From the IMG/VR virus record IMGVR_UViG_3300033121_001571: 64,000 nucleotides of DNA. One strand, given 5' to 3'. Shown one piece after another: positions 7,995 through 17,380 of the stretch. The notes beneath the pieces are model-generated. The model did not search any database. It was given only the letters and a program-made list of their open reading frames with translations, and was not told the DNA's origin. A program made the position numbers and the translations under genes. How positions within the stretch are numbered: position 1 is the first letter of the stretch; each line of letters begins with the position of its first letter. The stretch comes from a virus. Taxonomy: Duplodnaviria > Caudoviricetes.

Positions 7995-10900
7995 TCACAA
8001 GAACTCAACTCCTGTTGTAGTAATCACAAAGTCTAACGCAATAAATTCAAACGTTTTCGTTGGCCAGATCACGATCTTGCCGTTCATCTTGTTGAGTTCA
8101 ACGTCCTGAGTTGTGTTGTTTGAATCATTACAGATTACTTGGAACTTCTCAATTCCAGACTGTGCTTGTACAAGACCAAGTCTAAGAGTGCTATCTGAGA
8201 AGAATTTGTCTCTTGTTGCTTTGTTGTTTTGTTCAAAAGTCAACTTCAATGCAATCTCAATAACGAGTCTCTTGACCTCAAGGAGAAGTCTTCTCACGTT
8301 GACTCTGTCTAAAGCTGACTTTGCAATCTGAAGCGTTCTTTGTCCGTAAACAACAAATCCCAACTTCGGAAACACAGCAATTGGATTGATACGTGAAAGT
8401 TGTAGTCTGTCTCTGTCACGAGCATCAAGACGTACTTCTACATTTTTTACAAAGTCTAGAGCAGCACGATTGAAACCAGCTGGTGCAAACCATGGGTATG
8501 CAACTAGATCGTTAAACGCAATTGCTCCAAGTGCAGCGACAGAAGCTGCAACTTTGACTCTTCTCTTATTGACAGCGTCGTCTATCCAAACACTTGGGAA
8601 GTAAACACCTGCGTAGTTGTTATCGATTGCTCTAGAATCGACTGCAGCTGCAGTGTAATCTACGTTCAAACGATTCGTTGAATCATCATAGATTCTAAGA
8701 GCGCCGTCATCGTATCCTGGAATATCCATCATGTAATAAGCCATTCCGTACTCTCTTGACTTTCTCATTGCATAATCAGTTAAGAATGGTTCTCTGATTC
8801 CTGGGATTGCAAGAAGATTTGTGTTCACTACCATAGGATCAGTCATGATGTCAATTGCAGTGACGTACGAAGCAACGTTGCTATTTGCCTGTCCAACACC
8901 ATTTGGATTAACTAACAATCCTGGAGCAACGTAGCTTCCCTCAGCACCACCGCTTGCATCAAAAGACGTAGCAAGATCGTTCATCTTTTGTGCATTCTTG
9001 TCTAAGAAGTTTAGACCATCGTAACCACCGTACATGAAAGTGGTGAATTTTGCGTAAGTTGTAAACCTGTTAAATTCAGCAGCTGTGCCGCTTGATAGCA
9101 ACGTAGCAAGCGTGATTCTTCTGCCAATGCTGCTTGAAATCGTATATGACGTTGTGTCGATTGTACCTTTTCGTAGGTACGCTGCTTCTCTCATGTGGTC
9201 ATTTACTGACGATGTCAAGTGTGACAGAGAAGTGTTTGAGAATGCAACCTTGCTTAGAGTAAACTTGTTGTTACAGAAAGTGTCTGCTCCAGAACCAGTA
9301 ACAAGAGTGTCTAACTTCTTGATACCCAAGAACTTTGTGTATGACTCAAGCAGATTGTTCTTTTCTGAAGTAACGTTGCAATTCAGAGGATCATTGTTCT
9401 TTTCAAACTTCACACCCCAGTAAAACTGTGGCGAAGCAAGTTCAAGAGGTCCTGGCTGACCAACAAAGGTACCAGCTGTGCTGACATCACCCTTTGTCAC
9501 TTTAACTCTGAATGGAATTGGAGGCAAAATTGCGCCTGACAGTGCAGATGCAACACCCGTACCCATAACACCAACAATCTTTGGTGTTGTGCCAGCCGTA
9601 TCATTCAAAGAATCATTTGTCTTTAACAGCTCAACACCCCTGAATCCGAATGGTAACGTGACTTCAGGAACTAGTGCGCGGTCGACGGCATCATCAATTA
9701 TGACCCTGACGTACTTTGATCTGTTGTTGTATTTTCCAGAAACAACGTGTCTTCTCTCTGATGCAGAAGTTGCATCAAAGTTAAATGACACTTTTCTGTC
9801 GCCTATGACTTTACCAATGTATCTTTCAGAATAAGGATCAAGATTACAATCTGGGAAAGATTCAAGTACTTGTTGATTGATATCAGTGTCATTCCAGTCT
9901 CTGATCTGCACGGTGAAAGATCCGTACTTGTTTGAATCATCAACAGAAGCTTTGATGTTCGTTATAGAAATTTTGTATAAGTTGTTTGCATATGCACCAT
10001 CGTCAAGTGACTCAAAGTAGAATAGATCGTATTCGGTAGCACCGAAAGGTTGTGAAATAAACATAGGAGTCTTTGGTGTAGAGTAACGAGTGTCAAAAGA
10101 TCCGTATCTCTGACGCATAATCATAGATGCATCACCAGAGTTTGCACTTGTTAAAGTAGATCCAGATAGAACACCGACAGTTGTTGCAGTTGCAAGTTCA
10201 TCATCAACAGGAAAATCTGCATAAAGTAAGTGTTGTTCTGTGCTGAATTTTTGAGGATCAGTGTTGAGGATCTTTGCAAAGTAATCTTTTGAAGATGGGT
10301 CTAAAGACGCTGAGAAAATTCTCACTCCAGATGCACCGTCTGTGACTCCAAAAGATGCACCGTTTGATGATGATAAGACTAACTTAAACAATCCACTTGA
10401 GATCGTTGCAGCATCATCAGGACCAGCAGCGGTGAATACACCAACAGAAGATTCATTTCCGTCAAGAATCATCATACGAGTTCCAGATGCTAGCAACACC
10501 ATTCCTCTCACAAGGTTAACAGTTGAACCATTGAAAGAACTGTTATCTGTGAACATCGGCATTCCATAAGCTTCATTTGAACGTAAAGAGTGTCTTGCTG
10601 TCAAGAACTGCACAGCGCCAGTGTGGCGGCCGCGAGAATCATCTGCAGCAGATGCACCGTATAAATACACACCAGCATTCTTAACTCTACCAGCGCGAGT
10701 AGTAGTATCAATATCAGAAGTTGTCGTGTTAGCACCAGCTCCCAAGACTCTCAAATATGTAAGTGCAGTTCTGTGTTTTAAGAACTCATTGACAGCATAA
10801 GGACCTTGTTTGTTGACATCAAGATTGCCAAAAACAGAAACAAACTGATCCATAGAACGCACTGTTAAAGGAACGAATGCGGGACCTTTGTTTGCAGTAC

Positions 10901-11003
10901 CAATAACGCCAGCAGGCGTACCAACAGGTACTGCGTCTACTGGCTGAGATTTGTCAATCTCTCTCTCATAAAAATTTGGTGCTATGAAAGTCTGTTCTGC
11001 CAT
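7995..11003 (-). CDS. Contractile tail sheath protein, copy 2
   Basis: GTANKGPAFVP; PWFAPAGFNRA, INPI, YGQRTL and DRVNVRRLL. Confidence 0.92.
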   Translation of the reverse strand: MAEQTFIAPNFYEREIDKSQPVDAVPVGTPAGVIGTANKGPAFVPLTVRSMDQFVSVFGNLDVNKQGPYAVNEFLKHRTALTYLRVLGAGANTTTSDIDTTTRAGRVKNAGVYLYGASAADDSRGRHTGAVQFLTARHSLRSNEAYGMPMFTDNSSFNGSTVNLVRGMVLLASGTRMMILDGNESSVGVFTAAGPDDAATISSGLFKLVLSSSNGASFGVTDGASGVRIFSASLDPSSKDYFAKILNTDPQKFSTEQHLLYADFPVDDELATATTVGVLSGSTLTSANSGDASMIMRQRYGSFDTRYSTPKTPMFISQPFGATEYDLFYFESLDDGAYANNLYKISITNIKASVDDSNKYGSFTVQIRDWNDTDINQQVLESFPDCNLDPYSERYIGKVIGDRKVSFNFDATSASERRHVVSGKYNNRSKYVRVIIDDAVDRALVPEVTLPFGFRGVELLKTNDSLNDTAGTTPKIVGVMGTGVASALSGAILPPIPFRVKVTKGDVSTAGTFVGQPGPLELASPQFYWGVKFEKNNDPLNCNVTSEKNNLLESYTKFLGIKKLDTLVTGSGADTFCNNKFTLSKVAFSNTSLSHLTSSVNDHMREAAYLRKGTIDTTSYTISSSIGRRITLATLLSSGTAAEFNRFTTYAKFTTFMYGGYDGLNFLDKNAQKMNDLATSFDASGGAEGSYVAPGLLVNPNGVGQANSNVASYVTAIDIMTDPMVVNTNLLAIPGIREPFLTDYAMRKSREYGMAYYMMDIPGYDDGALRIYDDSTNRLNVDYTAAAVDSRAIDNNYAGVYFPSVWIDDAVNKRRVKVAASVAALGAIAFNDLVAYPWFAPAGFNRAALDFVKNVEVRLDARDRDRLQLSRINPIAVFPKLGFVVYGQRTLQIAKSALDRVNVRRLLLEVKRLVIEIALKLTFEQNNKATRDKFFSDSTLRLGLVQAQSGIEKFQVICNDSNNTTQDVELNKMNGKIVIWPTKTFEFIALDFVITTTGVEFL

Positions 11004-11037
11004 TTCTAGATCCTGTTGTAATTACTGAATGCGATGG

Positions 11038-11044
11038 TAAGTAT
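11038..11044 (-). promoter_or_regulatory. Putative late promoter ATACTTA (sheath 2)
   Basis: Member of the ATAnTTA family. Confidence 0.55.
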
Positions 11045-11073
11045 TCGTCATAACTACCATATCATGACAGAAT

Positions 11074-12348
11074 TCATTGATCAACAACAGTAAAACTTAC
11101 ACCTGAAAGATCAAAATCATCTGGTAACACAGATTCTCCTTGTGACGTCACTCTAACAAACTTTTCTTTGACGTTTCCTTGAAGATCTTTTATCAATATC
11201 TTTTTCCACTTGGAACGAGGCGCTCCGCGCGGTCGATTCTGTAACGCTGGATCATCTGGAACAACTGCATCTTTGTTAGGGTAAAGCAACGTTCTTTGGT
11301 CATCCCTAGCGTCTCTTCTGTTATTCTTTGTCAAATTTAACGGAAGCGTAGGGTCATCAACGCCAAGAAACGGTTCTTCTACAGTGTCTGTATCACTAAT
11401 GTCACTTTCAGGAGTAACTACGTTGAAATCAACAATTGGTGCAGAAACATACCTTCTGATAGGTACTGTCTGTCCAGGCTCTGATGACACAAACAAATAT
11501 GCAGGTATCTCTATTGAGATATTTGATTTGATTATTCTCTCTTTTGTTGACATATCATCGAAGTTGTTTTCTGATGAAAATCCAGAAACAACTTTAGCAA
11601 CGTACCAATATCCCTTCTCTGTTTCAACTCGCCAACACGTTCCACCTTGAGGAAGATAAGAACTTATGACTTGTTGAACAATAGTGTTCATGTGTAGAGT
11701 GTATTGAGTCCAAAACATCACTTCATACTTTAACAAAACAAATTGCGGAGTCGGTACAACTATGATTTCATAGATGTTATTTGATTTATCGCCCACAAAT
11801 AAACCTCCATCAATAACTGTTGGATCGTTGCTTAGATCGCCTATAGACCTACTTGTTCCTACTTGGAAGTCTTGTGCTGCATCAGTGCTGACAGCTAGAT
11901 TTGATTGGTTTCTAAGCATAAGTCTATTGATCAAATTTTGATAATTCCTGTCAGTTTTTGACAATCTACGTTTTACATAAATCTCACCGACTTGTTGGTT
12001 GATTCCCATAGAACTAAGAATCTGTAAATCTTGTACTACTTCTGTTCTCCCAATTGCTATCAAAGGTAAAATAACTGAGCCATTTTGATCTCTTAATTTT
12101 CCTTTTGTTTTTGCTATAGCCCACTTCTCGCCAGAAGCAAATATCACAGGTATCTTTCTCTGTTCTCCATTTAGATCTACTTGTAGATTCAACTGATCAT
12201 TAAAGAGCTTCAACAAAGCTCTATCAACATCCTCTATAGTAGAAGATGGTATGTTAAATTCTTCCGCAAGTGTATCACTATCATAACCTGAAGGTAAAGG
12301 TTCAACGCCAAAACGAGTTTTAGCATACGTGTTAAATCTAGTTGCCAT
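11074..12348 (-). CDS. Tail terminator / sheath stabiliser (T4 gp15-like)
   Basis: KIPVIFASGEKW, LPLIAI.R, P.PQFV.L.YEV.FWT; sits between the neck and sheath genes. Confidence 0.65.
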   Translation of the reverse strand: MATRFNTYAKTRFGVEPLPSGYDSDTLAEEFNIPSSTIEDVDRALLKLFNDQLNLQVDLNGEQRKIPVIFASGEKWAIAKTKGKLRDQNGSVILPLIAIGRTEVVQDLQILSSMGINQQVGEIYVKRRLSKTDRNYQNLINRLMLRNQSNLAVSTDAAQDFQVGTSRSIGDLSNDPTVIDGGLFVGDKSNNIYEIIVVPTPQFVLLKYEVMFWTQYTLHMNTIVQQVISSYLPQGGTCWRVETEKGYWYVAKVVSGFSSENNFDDMSTKERIIKSNISIEIPAYLFVSSEPGQTVPIRRYVSAPIVDFNVVTPESDISDTDTVEEPFLGVDDPTLPLNLTKNNRRDARDDQRTLLYPNKDAVVPDDPALQNRPRGAPRSKWKKILIKDLQGNVKEKFVRVTSQGESVLPDDFDLSGVSFTVVDQ

Positions 12349-13028
12349 CAGTCATCCTCTCCATAGAAAGCATTAGCGTGATGCGAATTATCTGCAACTG
12401 CACCCTTTTGTGAAACTTCTGCTGGACCAGTCAAAGGTTTAGACAAAACTCCCGCTTCAACAAGAGCTCTCTTGTCTCCAGTTTCACCTTCATCATTTGT
12501 AGAAAATCCTCGTTGCTGAACAAATTTGTTTTGCAACGCATCATCATCTGTGTATGATATGTCTGTTGGACCAATTTTAAGACTATCAATTGCACCCTCA
12601 CGAGCTTTAACACCATTTATCTTCATTGACAATTTGTGTTCAGCTTGTCCAAATATTGTCTTTGTGATTTTTTGATCCACAATCTCATACAAAACATCAT
12701 TAAAAGAAAAATAGTCTCCTATCGTTATGTTTATACCTTTTTCAACTAGATCACGATACTGAACAAATAATTCGATGTTATACTTTTGGTCTACGCCAAA
12801 TTGTGATATCTCAGTATCGCCCTGGTACTCTGCGTCTACGATTGCATCGATAGCTATGGGATTATCATAAATCTTTTTTAGAGCTTCATCATAAACATCG
12901 TGTGTCACTGTCTTTAACTCAGAAACTGGATATAAAAACACTCTTTGTCCAATAATGTCCTTTATGATCTCTTTTGTCAAATCAGAGATCAAATTTAACT
13001 CACGTTGAGTCACGAACAGTCTTGCCAC
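12348..13028 (-). CDS. Neck / head-closure protein (T4 gp14-like)
   Basis: VYDEA, QFGVD, I.IGDY, YEIV, IFGQ. Likely start is GTG at 13028 (MARLFVTQRE), not 13127. Confidence 0.65.
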   Translation of the reverse strand: MARLFVTQRELNLISDLTKEIIKDIIGQRVFLYPVSELKTVTHDVYDEALKKIYDNPIAIDAIVDAEYQGDTEISQFGVDQKYNIELFVQYRDLVEKGINITIGDYFSFNDVLYEIVDQKITKTIFGQAEHKLSMKINGVKAREGAIDSLKIGPTDISYTDDDALQNKFVQQRGFSTNDEGETGDKRALVEAGVLSKPLTGPAEVSQKGAVADNSHHANAFYGEDD

Positions 13029-13053
13029 AATGATATGTATCAACAGATTACAC

Positions 13054-13773
13054 ATGAAACATCTTAAACTTGAAGCAGCGTTTTCAATAGAAGACGCAAA
13101 CAAGTTATCTCTTGGTTTAAACGTCAATAAAACATCAAATATGAATCCTCAACTTTTAGCATTTCAACTTTATGACACAAACCAACTTTACAACAACGCT
13201 AAAAGATATTACGATGATATCGTTGCACACACTAGTTACATTAACAATGCACAATTAGTCAACTATATCAAACGTTTCTCAGAAAGTTCGACATATGCTT
13301 GGCTCGAGATTGATGCAAGTCCAGACGCACCACAATACGGCGCTTCAACAGTTGGAACTGCAGCTGCTAAAAAAGGTTATGGTCCACTCATCTATGATAT
13401 GGTCCTAAGCAGCGTAAATGGACTAGTTCCAGACAGGATATCAGTTTCTCCAAAAGCACAAAAAGTGTGGCAACACTACTTTGAAAAAAGAAAAGACGTT
13501 GATCACAAATTGTTAGATGATCCAGATGATCCATGGACGCCAGAAAAAGAAGATGACACAAGTAGAATGCATCCTGGACGTGAAAACAATCCACTCAATT
13601 ATGCATATAGCAAACACACCAGCATGAATCTTCATCCATTCTTGACAGCAAACTCAGAACTAGTCAAAAAATTGCTAGAACTTTTCAAATCGTTATCTGA
13701 AGACAAGATTAAGAATGCAATCACAGACGGTGGAAAAGAATTTTTCTACAACAGAATGCTTGAAAATGGTTAA
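13054..13773 (+). CDS. GNAT-like protein, paralog A
   Basis: AAKKGYGPLIYD resembles acetyl-CoA-binding motif A; LVPDR.SVS.KA..VW resembles motif B. Probable start at ATG 13054. Confidence 0.5.
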   Translation: MKHLKLEAAFSIEDANKLSLGLNVNKTSNMNPQLLAFQLYDTNQLYNNAKRYYDDIVAHTSYINNAQLVNYIKRFSESSTYAWLEIDASPDAPQYGASTVGTAAAKKGYGPLIYDMVLSSVNGLVPDRISVSPKAQKVWQHYFEKRKDVDHKLLDDPDDPWTPEKEDDTSRMHPGRENNPLNYAYSKHTSMNLHPFLTANSELVKKLLELFKSLSEDKIKNAITDGGKEFFYNRMLENG

Positions 13774-14482
13774 TGAATTTGCTCTGTTAGAAAAAGCAGA
13801 AACTGTACCTGGCGCAGCTAAGGACGGTTTAGCGCTCCAGATCATAGCAACAGGAAACGTCAAATATTACATTCTTTATGATGCAAAACGTCTTTATCAA
13901 CACATTAAAACCAAGTATGAAGAAGCTAAAAAAATAAACATAGTTGATCTAAAAGATGTTTCTGATTACATTTTGATGTTCACTAAAAACTTATCAAGTC
14001 AAATAATAGGTATGGTTTTCATACAACACAATGAAAATCAGTATGGAGGTGCAGAGATAAAACGTTCAGCTGCAAAGAAAGGATATGGTCCACTGTTAAT
14101 GGACATAGTGATGTCAAGTGAAGGAGCACTCGTGCCAGATAGAACATATGTCTCAAAAGAAGCACAAAATGTGTACAAGTTCTACAAAGATTCTAGAAAA
14201 GACGTCATATCAAAACCACTTGACGATGAAAATGATCCAAAAACACCTCAGAAATATGATGACACAAAAAGATTGTATCCAGGTGGTTCTAGCAATCCAA
14301 TTAACTACGCATATTTCCCAACGCAAAAACTTTCGCTAGAGATGTTAACAAATAATCACTCAACGTTTGTAAATAAATTAGACAAACTCTTGGGCGAAGA
14401 AACTGCTGGTACTGTTTATGTTAGAATATTCAATGCATCCGATTCATTCTTTGACGTAAAGTTTAGTGGCAGAATCAGATAG
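13766..14482 (+). CDS. GNAT-like protein, paralog B
   Basis: AAKKGYGPLLMD and LVPDR.YVS.EA..VY; clear paralog of the preceding ORF. Probable start at ATG 13766. Confidence 0.5.
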   Translation: MVNEFALLEKAETVPGAAKDGLALQIIATGNVKYYILYDAKRLYQHIKTKYEEAKKINIVDLKDVSDYILMFTKNLSSQIIGMVFIQHNENQYGGAEIKRSAAKKGYGPLLMDIVMSSEGALVPDRTYVSKEAQNVYKFYKDSRKDVISKPLDDENDPKTPQKYDDTKRLYPGGSSNPINYAYFPTQKLSLEMLTNNHSTFVNKLDKLLGEETAGTVYVRIFNASDSFFDVKFSGRIR

Positions 14483-14483
14483 A

Positions 14484-15683
14484 TCAACCAATTACAATTG
14501 CTTTGCCAACTGGCATTGGAGCATATTTTAACTGTTTATTCAACTGTTCTGCAGCATTAGCTTGTTGTTCTAACAACTTTGCATGCGTCAAATTCGCGAG
14601 CCATTCTTTCAATTGTGTTGAAAGCTTGTCTTTGTCTTCACGAGCTTGTGTCAACAAACTTTCACCATCTAATTGGATCTCTGCATTTGGAATTGGTATA
14701 GATGAGATCTTTGATCTAACGTGTCCTAAAATTTCTTTTGATAAAGCAAGACAGTACTGTCTGATCCATTGTCTACCGGGCTGAGTGATACTGTTAAATG
14801 GGATGTTACCGAGAGGAACATTGCTTGGTCCTGACACACCATTTAAAGATGAATCAAAACTACCAGAGATACCAGAGCCAATCGCGGTTGGGTCTAGAGG
14901 ATTAGCATAAAATCCAACTCGTATAAACAACTTTCCAACTTGTGAATCAAGCGTTGGAATAGGGAAAATTCTCAGATTAGAACCTATTAACTTGTAACTG
15001 TAGTTTGAACGCCTGACTCTAAAAGCAGCTTCAAGCATACTTCTTCTCAAGACATCTTCAAAGATTGGTAGAACATAAAAAACTGTAGCATTAACATATG
15101 ATTCATAGTTAAAGCTTGTTGCTAAGAAGTTAGTGATGTTTGAAGCATTCAACAAATAGTGTTGCGCCGCAATTGGTTCAACGTGAAATATCTCTATGAT
15201 TCTATACTTTGATTTTTTGTCTGCTGACAGCGTATCCCACAGCAACGTACCAGACGCTGCTGATTTTAGATCTGAATAGATGTTATAGTCCTGTTGACCT
15301 GTCACAAGATCAATATAAGCATACTCAGAATCCCAAGATCCTCCTGTTCCCGCAAGAGAAGAATACGCATCTGCTTGCCTGCTGATAAATTCTAAGTTCT
15401 GTCTTGGATAAACATTTGTCAAATCAAATGAACTTGTTGGCATACCCAAGACATTTGCAAGCTCTGATTCAATCTTTGATTCATGAATCAATCTTGAATA
15501 TTCACACGTAGCTTCTTCTAAACAAGCCCATATCTGTTTAGAACTTAACTCTACAGACAAGATATCATCACCAAGTTTTCTTTTAACAAACACAACCATG
15601 CTATCAGCCTCAGATTGAAACTGAGAATCAGAATCAAAAAAACCAAATGGTGTTGGATTCAAAGTTTGAGAAAACGTTGGCAC
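14484..15683 (-). CDS. Neck / head-tail adaptor protein (T4 gp13-like)
   Basis: KRKLG..ILSVEL...QI, WIRQY.LAL.KE.LG.VRSK, IQLDG..L. Likely start GTG at 15683. Confidence 0.75.
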   Translation of the reverse strand: MPTFSQTLNPTPFGFFDSDSQFQSEADSMVVFVKRKLGDDILSVELSSKQIWACLEEATCEYSRLIHESKIESELANVLGMPTSSFDLTNVYPRQNLEFISRQADAYSSLAGTGGSWDSEYAYIDLVTGQQDYNIYSDLKSAASGTLLWDTLSADKKSKYRIIEIFHVEPIAAQHYLLNASNITNFLATSFNYESYVNATVFYVLPIFEDVLRRSMLEAAFRVRRSNYSYKLIGSNLRIFPIPTLDSQVGKLFIRVGFYANPLDPTAIGSGISGSFDSSLNGVSGPSNVPLGNIPFNSITQPGRQWIRQYCLALSKEILGHVRSKISSIPIPNAEIQLDGESLLTQAREDKDKLSTQLKEWLANLTHAKLLEQQANAAEQLNKQLKYAPMPVGKAIVIG

Positions 15684-15714
15684 GAATGTAATTATCTTTA
15701 GAAGACATAGAACT

Positions 15715-16098
15715 GTGGAAGATAACGATTGGGAAGTCAGTGATCTATTGACTGTAAAAATCAAAAACAAACAGTCTTATAGAGACACATGTGAAATCAC
15801 CATTATAGGAAAAGGATTTGATGTTGGGGAAGAAAGCACAGAATACATCTGTTACGTACCCGAATATGAACACATCTCAGATAGTTTTATCATAACAAAC
15901 CATCACGTAAATTGGTATGGATTAGAACAAAAATACTTAGGAGAAAAAGGAATCTTTGTCACAAGACAAACAAGCGTTATCAAACATAAAAAAGGTCAAG
16001 ATGGTGCTTTATGTTGCAAGTGCAAAAACTTTATCCAGTGGGCACCAAGAAATAACAAGTATTACATCTGCAGATCGTGTAAAATCAACCCTTACTGA
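15715..16098 (+). CDS. Hypothetical protein with a C-terminal Zn ribbon
   Basis: CCKCK...CRSCK; divergent from the gp13-like gene. Confidence 0.55.
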   Translation: MEDNDWEVSDLLTVKIKNKQSYRDTCEITIIGKGFDVGEESTEYICYVPEYEHISDSFIITNHHVNWYGLEQKYLGEKGIFVTRQTSVIKHKKGQDGALCCKCKNFIQWAPRNNKYYICRSCKINPY

Positions 16099-16894
16099 AT
16101 GATTCAAAGTGCATTGGATCGCACCTTCCATCAAACCATCCACCCCAATAGAATTCATTCTCATAAAAGATATCAACAAGTTCTCTAACTGAACCTTTTT
16201 CACCCTTCAAAGCACCTGTTGTACCTAACATATTCCATTGCACATTTAGATCAATAGCGGTACCCCAACTGTGATTTGACAAAACTGTTCTAGAACCACG
16301 TATAAATCTTGGAACCCAAGCGCCTCCAAATGTCAACAACTTGTCTTTAAGCCCCTGTTTTTCTATCTGATCAAAAGCTTTGACTAAAGAATCAGCAACT
16401 TTCTTATGAACATAGATCTTTCCAGATTTTGGAGCGCCTGATATTCCAATCAACTGTGGCACAACAACAGATACGATGTTATCATTTGCCCAATTGTTTG
16501 TTATTTTCACAGCCTCTTTGTTGTTTGGCTGTGGATCTGCAACGTACTCAATCTTTCCATATATTTTTTCACGTTCATCAGCCATAGACACTGGGTATGT
16601 TTTTGGTTTTGGAGGCCAACCATGTTGTGAATCATCATTGCTGGAATCTGAATAAAGATTCAAACCTAACTCTAGAGCCTTACCTAAGGTCCTTGGTCCC
16701 ACTTTCCCGTCGTAGGCAGACGGATCTGTAAATACTTTTCTTTGAAAGAGAATTGTTTCCTCTTTCGTCTTAGGTCCAAATGTACCATCAATAATGACTT
16801 CTGAAGAAGGATTTATTCCAACAAGAAATCCTTGCCAAACTGCAACATCCCAACCTTTCAGATTTTCACTCAAAACACGAGTTATGTTAGTCAT
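16085..16894 (-). CDS. Endolysin: peptidoglycan-binding domain plus M15-family peptidase
   Basis: V..WQ.FL, IDG.FGP.T...FQ and DGKVGP.T (PG-binding_1-like); Zn-peptidase motifs SNHSWGTAID and DPMHFE. Confidence 0.85.
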   Translation of the reverse strand: MTNITRVLSENLKGWDVAVWQGFLVGINPSSEVIIDGTFGPKTKEETILFQRKVFTDPSAYDGKVGPRTLGKALELGLNLYSDSSNDDSQHGWPPKPKTYPVSMADEREKIYGKIEYVADPQPNNKEAVKITNNWANDNIVSVVVPQLIGISGAPKSGKIYVHKKVADSLVKAFDQIEKQGLKDKLLTFGGAWVPRFIRGSRTVLSNHSWGTAIDLNVQWNMLGTTGALKGEKGSVRELVDIFYENEFYWGGWFDGRCDPMHFESFSKG

Positions 16895-17048
16895 TTAGAA
16901 CGTTCTTTCTAAGACTAAGTTTCTGTTGAAGCTGTTCATTAAGAGAAACTAGCTTTTCATTAAGTGAACTACGAACACTTTCATCAGAAGTAACTTGTAA
17001 CTCAAGTCTTGTCTTGTTAATCTCATCAAGCAACTCAAAAAATGTCAT
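16887..17048 (-). CDS. Small coiled-coil protein
   Basis: MTFFELLDEINKTRLELQ... The start is moved downstream of the tmRNA 3' end; an alternative ATG lies at 17060. Confidence 0.5.
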   Translation of the reverse strand: MTFFELLDEINKTRLELQVTSDESVRSSLNEKLVSLNEQLQQKLSLRKNVLND

Positions 17049-17064
17049 CTGTACATTCATCCTG

Positions 17065-17380
17065 TGGAGTACTGCGGAATTGAACCGCAGTCCAAGATCT
17101 AGAATCACTCAAGTCATTCACAGTCTTAGCTAGAGACTAGCGTTTTTTGCTCCAGTAAAGTCTTGAGCAGTGCACTTGATTTTAAAGAGAATCACTCTTT
17201 TTTTTGTGACATTCTGTTTCTAGGCTGTCACAACCCAAGACAAACTAAGCTGCTAGCTTAAGAGAGTCAATGCGGCCGTTATCGTTGGCAACTAACGTTC
17301 ACTTGGATTTTAATCTGGTTCCTAGTGTACCAGCGACTGCACTCAAGTAACTTTCAACCCTGTCGAAACCTTTGTACCCC
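17065..17380 (-). ncRNA. ssrA: One-piece tmRNA; tag reading frame 17289-17245 encodes (A)ANDNGRIDSLKLAA*
   Basis: 5' GGGGUAC pairs with 3' GUACUCC-A and contains the G3.U alanine identity pair. It has 5' GGUUUCGAC, T-arm CUGCG-GUUCAAUUC-CGCAG, UAGUU before the GCC resume codon and a tag ending LAA. CCA is not encoded. Confidence 0.95.

Noticed and set aside
3749-11003. Extracellular contractile injection system (eCIS) or tailocin
   Set aside because: Capsid, portal, protease, scaffold and terminase genes are all present, so this is a phage.
17065-17095. Stand-alone tRNA
   Set aside because: The T-arm and acceptor half pair with a 5' end about 300 nt away and enclose a tag ORF, so it is a tmRNA.
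17061-17108. N-terminal extension of ORF 16887..17108
   Set aside because: It overlaps the tmRNA 3' domain; the ATGs at 17060 or 17048 are more plausible starts.
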